A stretch of DNA of 64,000 nt from an uncultured Nitrospinota bacterium. Lineage in GTDB: Bacteria; Tectomicrobia; Entotheonellia; J063; CAVPRW01. The position numbers and the translations under genes were made by a program. Location of the stretch: positions 32,001 to 96,000 of the forward strand of contig CAVPRW010000045.1 in the NCBI GenBank assembly GCA_963707985.1, read 5' to 3'. Each line of letters begins with the position of its first letter. The first letter of the stretch is position 1. Positions 57,103 through 64,000 of the stretch are shown here, in pieces. Below the pieces are notes generated by a model, which had not been told where the DNA came from, searched no databases, and was given only the letters and a program-made list of their open reading frames with translations.

Positions 57103-58567
57103 CAATACCTTCGCCAAAAATGGCGATGAGAGAGGATGGCCGAGCACCATGTAGAAATGGAGATGAGTCGAGCGGCAGCCCCGTGTAGAATATGGATTCC
57201 CCAACCCAACGCTACACGAGGAGCCACCGCCCATGCCGGATATGATCGCCGTTTTAGCTTGTTTAAGCCAGGGTCTCGATCCTACCACACGGCGCCAACG
57301 CCGTCGGATCACGGAAGCGCTGCTGTCGATGACCGGACGCGTGACGATGCGGGGCATGGCACGCTGGGCTGGCCCAGGTGGGAGTGACCGGACGGTACAG
57401 CGATGTTGCCAGACCAGTCTCAGTTGGGGCAGGCGGCAATGGATGGTGATTCGTCACCATCTGTTGGATCAAGACGAGGTGCTCGTGATGGCCGGTGACG
57501 ACGTGGTCGTGACGAACGCGGGCCAGCAGACCCATGGCTGAGGCCGGTTGTTTTCCTCCCTGTCTGGGAAACAAGTCCCCGGCCTGGGGTGTCTGAGTGT
57601 ATCCTTGCTGAGTGTCAAACGCCGCACCTCGTACCCGGTCATGATGGAACAACTGGCGCCGCCGCCTCCCGAGACCCCTCAAGAGGGCGCCAAGCCAAAG
57701 TCCGAGGGGAAACGGGGGCGCCCCCCAGGGAGCAAAAATCAGCCTCGGCGCGAGGTGGTGTGGAGTCCCTCTCGGCGTTTTGTCCAAGAGACGATCAAGC
57801 GCGTACTGGAGGTGGTCGGCGATCGCTTACAGGGGATCTCCTTTGTCTGTGATGGGGCCTTTGGCCATCACGATGCCCTGCAAAGGGTCCGACAAGTCGG
57901 TTGACATGTGATTGCCAAACGGCGTTATGATGCTGCGCTCTATTGCCCCTATGATGGCCCGTATGCAGGACGTGGGAAGCGTAAACAGGATGGGAGAAAG
58001 CTCGATGATCACCATATTGATGCGAAGCATCTGAAAGCATCTTCTGTTGAAAAAGATATCGAGACGAAGATCTAGCAGATGGCATTATGGCATAAGACAT
58101 TTGCCGATTTACTCAATGTTGTGGTGATGGTGAAAATCAATCTCACAACACAAGCGGTGGCTCATATTGTCTTAGTCAGTAGCGCTTTGGAGCTTTCGTA
58201 TGATCACCTGATTGACGATGATCGTTTGCGTTTCCAGTTGGAGTTCAATGTTCGTGATGCCAAACAATATGGGGGCTTGGAAGATTTCATGACCGTCAAA
58301 CAGACACCAGGTTACAACCGTGCCAATCTCGCCATGTTCATGGTGAATGTCTCCCACGCCGTGATACGTCCCATGCGAATGCAGTGGCCGGAGGGCCGTG
58401 TGAACGACCTGAAAGCCTGGTTCCGGAGCCGGAAGTATGTGGTAGAAACCTTCCAATGGCTTCCGGAACTGCCGGAGCCTATTTTTATTGAGCAGGCGAT
58501 TGCACAGGTGGCAGCACTAGGGCGGGTTAACCAGGTCGTCAACCTCATCTAATTGGCCGAGGTATTG
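57103..58567 (+). mobile_element. IS4/IS701-like element, degenerate (copy B, same orientation as copy A)
   Basis: Same IRs and transposase motifs as 38369-39839. Confidence 0.85.
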
Positions 58568-58669
58568 GAAATGCCAGAGCTAATTTTTATTGAGCAGGCG
58601 ATTGCCCGGGTGGCTCAATTAGGGCGGGTTAACTATGCAGTCAACCCCGTCTAATTGGCGAAGGTATTG
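58568..58669 (+). mobile_element. Right-end remnant of a third related IS
   Basis: Diverged repeat of the IS 3' end ending ttggcgaaggtattg. Confidence 0.75.
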
Positions 58670-58928
58670 GTCTATGAGGAGCTTTGTAACGACGGCACCA
58701 TTGATGCCATACCTGCTTAAATTCTGTCCGCAGTATTGATGATGAGCTGTACTACGTAACTACGTTGATCTCTCAACCCAACTCATCACAGGCTAGCCAC
58801 ATTTCCCAAAGGGGAAGAACTCTAAAAAGTCAGCAAAACGCCACCAGTTAGCAGTTTGCAAACCAGACAGCGTTCTTTCTGTTTCATCGAAGCAACTATA
58901 TCATATTTCATTCAATGAGTTATGGATA

Positions 58929-58944
58929 TGGCATATAAATTGCT
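58929..58944 (+). promoter_or_regulatory. Sigma54 (-24/-12) promoter
   Basis: TGGCAtataaaTTGCT (GG-N10-GC) about 50 bp upstream of the pilin ATG. Confidence 0.8.
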
Positions 58945-58995
58945 CAATATATAAGTGACGTTCAAAAAAGTAACTACTACAGAGGAGGGGGTTGT

Positions 58996-59412
58996 ATGAT
59001 TAGCAAGATCCGACACAGTATAGGATGTAATGAAGGTTTCACCCTGATCGAGTTAATGATCGTCGTGGCGATTATCGGCATTTTGGCCGCCGTCGCGGTA
59101 CCAAATTTCATTAGCTACCGGGATCGGTCACGGGTTGCCGCACTTATCGCAACCGGCAACAGCGCGCGCGGCGCCCTCGCGTCGCTCGCGGCCGATGATC
59201 CGAATAGCCTCTATCCCACAAGTCTTACTGTAACGAGTCTAAACTCCGGGGGAGCACAGATCCCTGCCTCGGGTTACGCGCTCGTTTACCACCAAACCGG
59301 TACCCCCGCAGGCTCGACCTATGACTTGCTGATGACCCACACTGCGACGAGTAATCAGGTCTGTATTACACCAGAGTTAACGAAAAAAACCACTGGTAGT
59401 GTCTGCCCCTAA
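58996..59412 (+). CDS. pilA: Type IVa pilin (probable major pilin)
   Basis: [23 protein letters not shown] prepilin motif; C-terminal Cys pair; GAGGAGG RBS. Confidence 0.88.
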   Translation: MISKIRHSIGCNEGFTLIELMIVVAIIGILAAVAVPNFISYRDRSRVAALIATGNSARGALASLAADDPNSLYPTSLTVTSLNSGGAQIPASGYALVYHQTGTPAGSTYDLLMTHTATSNQVCITPELTKKTTGSVCP

Positions 59413-59467
59413 TGCCCGCAGACTCTCGCGAACCATGAAGCTAGACCACTTCATCTTCTTAGTGTCC

Positions 59468-59547
59468 CACGCCAAGATGTCAATTCTCGTCCTGGCGTGA
59501 ATTCATCAACCCAACAGAGGCAGCAGCGGTGATACTGTTGCCTCTGT
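59468..59547 (+). terminator. Two tandem stem-loops between the pilin genes (terminator or mRNA stabiliser)
   Basis: cacgcca..tggcgtg (59468-59499) and acagaggcagcag..ctgttgcctctgt (59514-59547); no U-tract. Confidence 0.5.
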
Positions 59548-59607
59548 CAGTAACTCAGCCGACAGCATATCAGAGTAGTCCAAGAGACTCATACGGATGG
59601 GGAACGC

Positions 59608-60012
59608 ATGTTTAGGAATTCTGATCACCATACACACCATCAAGCAGGGTTTACTCTCATCGAGTTGATGATTGTAGTGGCAATAATTGGGATTCTTGCG
59701 GCAGTTGCCGTCCCAAATTTTATCTCCTATCGAGATCGGGCACGAGTTGTCGCGGCACTAGCTAGTGGTGCACGAGCGGCACTCGCAGCAGCCGCGGCTG
59801 ACCATATCGACAGCCTCTACCCGAATGATACCGAGATACAGAAGGCATCTGATCTAAACCAGTATGGCGCCAATCTTCAGGATCATATGTATAACACGTT
59901 CCTCTACAGGCAACTAAATAACAGGCAATCATATCAGATAGATATTGTGACGTTAGATGGTAAGGAAGTCTGCATAAGACCTGATGGAGCAGAACGAAAT
60001 AAATGTTTCTAA
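59608..60012 (+). CDS. Second type IVa pilin paralog
   Basis: Same [32 protein letters not shown]-terminus; divergent head with C-terminal Cys pair. Confidence 0.88.
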   Translation: MFRNSDHHTHHQAGFTLIELMIVVAIIGILAAVAVPNFISYRDRARVVAALASGARAALAAAAADHIDSLYPNDTEIQKASDLNQYGANLQDHMYNTFLYRQLNNRQSYQIDIVTLDGKEVCIRPDGAERNKCF

Positions 60013-60311
60013 TAACAAATGCATCCTACACATAATATTTCTTATCTTTCGCTATTTTCCTCTATATTCTCACGAATTACCAAATAAGCATTTCTACCTG
60101 TTAATATCTATATATGAGATTCAAAGTTCTCCACGATCCTCGTCTATTTCATATCTTATCTTTTCTTCGATAAATAATTCCGAGTTTTATTCCATAGGTT
60201 TGTCTTGAAACATGATGTAGTTTTCGAACTTTCAGACGGAAAGTCTTTTATGGATCAATTTTGGCGTTCAGCGCAAGATGTACGTATATTGAGATCGACG
60301 AGGGAGATCCG

Positions 60312-62480
60312 ATGTTATTCTCACGTTGGCGTGTACACATGTATAAAGAATGTCTCTGGACATATATATTTTTTCCCTTCATCTTTCTTATATACATGGC
60401 TACTCCTAACCTCTTGGTATGGGGAGATACCATTGCAAGCCGCTATCTACCTATTAGTCTTATTCGCGAAGCGAATTTTGATCTTAACGAATTCGATTTT
60501 CCCTATGACAAAGAAATTCCATATTTCCTTCAATATCGCAATGGTCGACTCATATCATCCTATCCCGTTGGGGCAGTCCTAACTGCTCTCCCTTTCTATT
60601 TAGTACCTGTACTGTTAGGAATCAGCCATCAATCGTCTTGGATACCCCTGCTAGAAAAGCTGTCTGCGGCATCCATTGCCGTTTTCTCTGCGCTCTTTCT
60701 CTATCTCATGTTGAGGCATCTAGCAACAGCAAAAAATAGCCTAATCGTCACTTCTATCTATGCCCTCTGTACGAGTACATTTAGTATCAGCAGTCAAGCT
60801 CTTTGGCAGCATGGACCAAGTCAATTTCTTCTAACAGTTGGTCTCTATTTTTTAATCCGCGGTTTGCATGAGGAACGTTTCATATCCTGGTCAGGCTTTC
60901 CACTTAGTGCCGCAGTGATATGCCGGCCGACAGATGTATTGATGGTATTACCAATTTTAATATATCTCTTATGCCATAGACGAAAATTTATTCTACTCTG
61001 GATTATCTATGCCTTACCGCCTGTAATTTTTGTCATTACATACAACTATCGTTACTTTGGGTCAGTATTTGAATCTGGGTACGGGTTCCAGGTGCTTCAC
61101 CCTTCGTCGAGCTATTGGAGTACACCTTTCTTGTATGGATTATTAGGAGTACTTATAAGTCCGAGTAAAGGACTAATCTTATATTCTCCTGTTCTACTAT
61201 TTGCCTTTTGGGGTATGGCCTATGTATGGAAGATAAATTGTGAACCATTAATCAAGTACTTAAGCCTCGGACCACTTTTAGTGTTGATACTATACAGCAA
61301 GTGGCATTTTTGGTGGGGTGGCGAAACATATGGTCCTCGTTTAGTCGCAGATATTACTCCCATACTTTGCTTATATATCTATGTCATTTTTAAGATAATT
61401 GATCAGAGCTATATACATAAGTTAATATTCATAATCATGATAATGATGTCGTTTCTTATACATACGATTGGGGCTTTTGGTTTTGATTCAAGTTGGTATA
61501 AAAAAACGGATATATCCGTCGATGATAATCGCTTATGGTCATTTAGCGATAGTCCGCTTGTCCACTATGGACGACAACTTATTTTTAAAAACCTATCGAT
61601 TCTGCGAACGGGGTTTTCAGGACTCCCGACATCTCCTCAGGCACCGAAATTGTTGGCAGCAGCTATTACGCATCAAGAGATTCCAATGCAGCATGCAGTA
61701 GGGGAGTCGCTTAAATTACATGTCGTCGTTACTAATACGGGCTCAGCTATTTGGCTATTCCAGACTAACAATAGTCAGTACGGTGTGAGGTTAGGTTGGA
61801 GATGGATCGACAGAATAGGTAAAGATGACTTTACAGAAGGACGTGCACCCATACGCCAAGACATTTTCCCGGGAGAGCGGGAAGAATTCAGTATACAAAT
61901 CTGGCCCCCTTCCAAGGAGGGGAAATATATACTAGAGTTAGGTATGGTAAGTGAGCCAGAAGCGTGGTTCGATGTACAACGATTTTTGGTCGAGATTCAA
62001 GGCACATGTGATTTTGAAGACACTATAAATAATCCGTTAAAGTTTATACATGAGCGCCCAAACATTGCGATCACCGCCGATCGGCCTTCGTACTCAGAGG
62101 GAGAAATCGCCATGGTCCGTTTGAGTATTGTCAATGGCGCCATCCCACGAAACCTAAAACTTTCTGTCTTTCTTCGATACCCAGACGGCCACATGCGCTC
62201 CCTAAGCTCTTCTACTGAGATGCTTTCAAATCCAGCATGTAGCCAATGGATGCGTACAGGGGCAATTCACATCCTATCGAGTGAATTTAGGATCGATTGG
62301 CAATTGGGTTTTCAACTGAGGAGTATTCCAGATGGCTTATATATTTTATATGCCATGATGACTGATCTTCGGAGTGCCGAGGTCATTTCAAAGTCTTCCT
62401 TTACATTTTATCTCAAACCGACAGAAATCTTAGAAAACCGAGACGAGCTTGAAAAAGTGTCCAAGAAACCAGATCTGTAG
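60312..62480 (+). CDS. Multi-TM GT-C-fold glycosyltransferase-like protein with C-terminal Ig-like domains
   Basis: Many TM helices; GD in the first loop, SQALWQHG, WWGG..YGPR; then VTNTG..W...LGWRW...PGE...P....GKY.LE. Confidence 0.7.
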   Translation: MLFSRWRVHMYKECLWTYIFFPFIFLIYMATPNLLVWGDTIASRYLPISLIREANFDLNEFDFPYDKEIPYFLQYRNGRLISSYPVGAVLTALPFYLVPVLLGISHQSSWIPLLEKLSAASIAVFSALFLYLMLRHLATAKNSLIVTSIYALCTSTFSISSQALWQHGPSQFLLTVGLYFLIRGLHEERFISWSGFPLSAAVICRPTDVLMVLPILIYLLCHRRKFILLWIIYALPPVIFVITYNYRYFGSVFESGYGFQVLHPSSSYWSTPFLYGLLGVLISPSKGLILYSPVLLFAFWGMAYVWKINCEPLIKYLSLGPLLVLILYSKWHFWWGGETYGPRLVADITPILCLYIYVIFKIIDQSYIHKLIFIIMIMMSFLIHTIGAFGFDSSWYKKTDISVDDNRLWSFSDSPLVHYGRQLIFKNLSILRTGFSGLPTSPQAPKLLAAAITHQEIPMQHAVGESLKLHVVVTNTGSAIWLFQTNNSQYGVRLGWRWIDRIGKDDFTEGRAPIRQDIFPGEREEFSIQIWPPSKEGKYILELGMVSEPEAWFDVQRFLVEIQGTCDFEDTINNPLKFIHERPNIAITADRPSYSEGEIAMVRLSIVNGAIPRNLKLSVFLRYPDGHMRSLSSSTEMLSNPACSQWMRTGAIHILSSEFRIDWQLGFQLRSIPDGLYILYAMMTDLRSAEVISKSSFTFYLKPTEILENRDELEKVSKKPDL

Positions 62481-62525
62481 ATGAAAATTGATTTATCGTT
62501 AGTGCTTATTTATAACTGACATGGA

Positions 62526-64000
62526 GCGGGTGCAAAACGAGAAAAATACCTTTACCCTCCGCTGAGTGCTCTGCCCGACAACTCCACGCGATTCAGGGGA
62601 GGTGCACGGATGGAATCGATCCACGTTGACCGCTTGGATCACCTAGGGAAACTGGCCTCCGTCATCAAAGACGTCGGTCTCATGAGTATGGTTGATGCCC
62701 GTCTGGTACCCGATGCGCAAGAGGAGATCACCGCAGGCGAGGCTATAGCAGGGATGATCCTTCATGGCTTGGGGTTTGCTAACCGGCCCATGTCCCTGAC
62801 CTCCCAGTTTTACGCCAATACAACCCTGGACTTGTTGGTTCATGAGGGCGTTCGTGCGGAGATGTTCAACCGGTTCAAGGTCGGTCGCACGCTCGATGAG
62901 GTCCACGCGTATGGCTTTGATCTGCTGTTTAATGAACTGGCCGTTGCCGTCTGCGCCCAGGAAGGCATCGACTTACGCTTCAACCATCTCCACACCACGA
63001 GCTTTTCCCTCACTGGCGAGTATGTGCCCGAGGCCGATGAGCACGCCATAACCATCACCCACGGTTACTCCAAAGACCACCGACCCGATGTGACACAGGC
63101 GGTTTTGGAACTGATAGTGTCCCAAGACGGCGGCGTCCCCTTTGTAAGCAAAAGTTGGGATGGCCATACGTCGGATACCCCTGTTTTCCAGGAGCGTGCC
63201 GCCGCTTTGATCGCAACCTTTCAGCGTTCGCTCGCACCGCGGTATCTGGTGGCAGACGCCAAACTGTACCATCAGGATCATGCGGCTCACCTCAGCCAGC
63301 TCGGCTTTATTACCCGCATTCCCCATACACTCAAGGTGTTCTCGCCAGTGATGACCCAAGCGCTCCAGTGGGACATGTGGCAATGGCTCGATGAGACGAC
63401 CCGCTATCAGCATCTTGAGTTATGCTACTATAGGATGGCCCAAAGGTGGCTAGTCGTGTCTTCTCAGGCCGCGTTGGCCGCGCTTGCGAAACCATGGCCA
63501 TATCACCACGTAGAGTCCTACCACCTCATCGAACACCCACACGACGCCCGCCGGCCGACGTCCACCACCCCGATGACGTTGATTGACTGGCAGATTCACG
63601 TCCAGGTTCGGCCCGATCAAGAGCAGATTGAGCACCGCACGCAACACAATTCCTGCTTTGTGCTAAATCGAACCACACGACATTGGTACACGCCTATTGC
63701 TGAAACCCGGATCTGATCGGCCCTCCGGCGGGCCTCACTGTACCAATCTCTTGTGGACTGAATTAGGGAGCAATATTGAGGCGAGTCAACTGAGCGATCC
63801 GGAGGTGATTCGGGCATACAAGAGCCCGGCCCAGGCCGAGGGAGGCTTCCGGTTTCTCAAGGACCCGCTGTTCGTTGTCTCGTCGTTGTTTCTGAAAAAA
63901 CCTTGCCGTATTCAAGGGCTGGTGATGGTGATGGCGTTAGCCTTACTGGTCTATTCTGTGACGCAACGTCGATTGCGCCAGCAATGAGCGCGTCAACACG
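62526..64000 (+). mobile_element. IS1634-family transposase, degenerate
   Basis: LDHLG..A, RF..GRTLD, GYSKDHRPD, VADAKLY, YK....E.GFRFLKDP. Confidence 0.88.

Noticed and set aside
58996..60012. Conductive e-pilin interpretation
   Set aside because: These are full-length pilins with globular heads, not the short truncated type; no support from sequence alone

Overview
GC-rich bacterial DNA in which short runs of intact metabolic genes alternate with heavily decayed accessory DNA. The intact genes are a cyclase-family hydrolase, an NHL-repeat protein, a TPP enzyme, an LLM/F420 oxidoreductase, an S9 peptidase, a MetE-II-like enzyme and a GlcG-type heme protein. The gene mix suggests Tectomicrobia/Entotheonella-like or deltaproteobacterial genomes, which is inference only. 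Accessory content: (1) a fragmented ~1600-aa nuclease-NACHT-helical-repeat (Avs-like) defence gene behind an integrase remnant; (2) a HicB-like/PIN TA pair; (3) cbiMNQO with a displaced cobalamin riboswitch; (4) a type II-like R-M pair with a frameshifted methylase; (5) about 15 IS elements or remnants (IS630, 2x ISKra4, IS3, IS6, IS66, IS110, IS1634, IS4/IS701-like, Tn3); (6) a broken lexA; (7) a ~17-kb plasmid/phage-like segment between two related IS copies; (8) an AT-rich sigma54 tandem type IV pilin + GT-C glycosyltransferase island. The 17-kb segment holds a serine recombinase, ParB, DUF29, a pssA gene boxed by Tn3-like inverted repeats, and a DisA-like diadenylate cyclase with a 153-bp MITE inserted in frame. 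It also holds a papain-like Cys/His enzyme gene followed by a lipoprotein that repeats its N-terminal domain. No rRNA, tRNA or CRISPR array was seen. All family calls come from motif recognition by eye; no searches were run.
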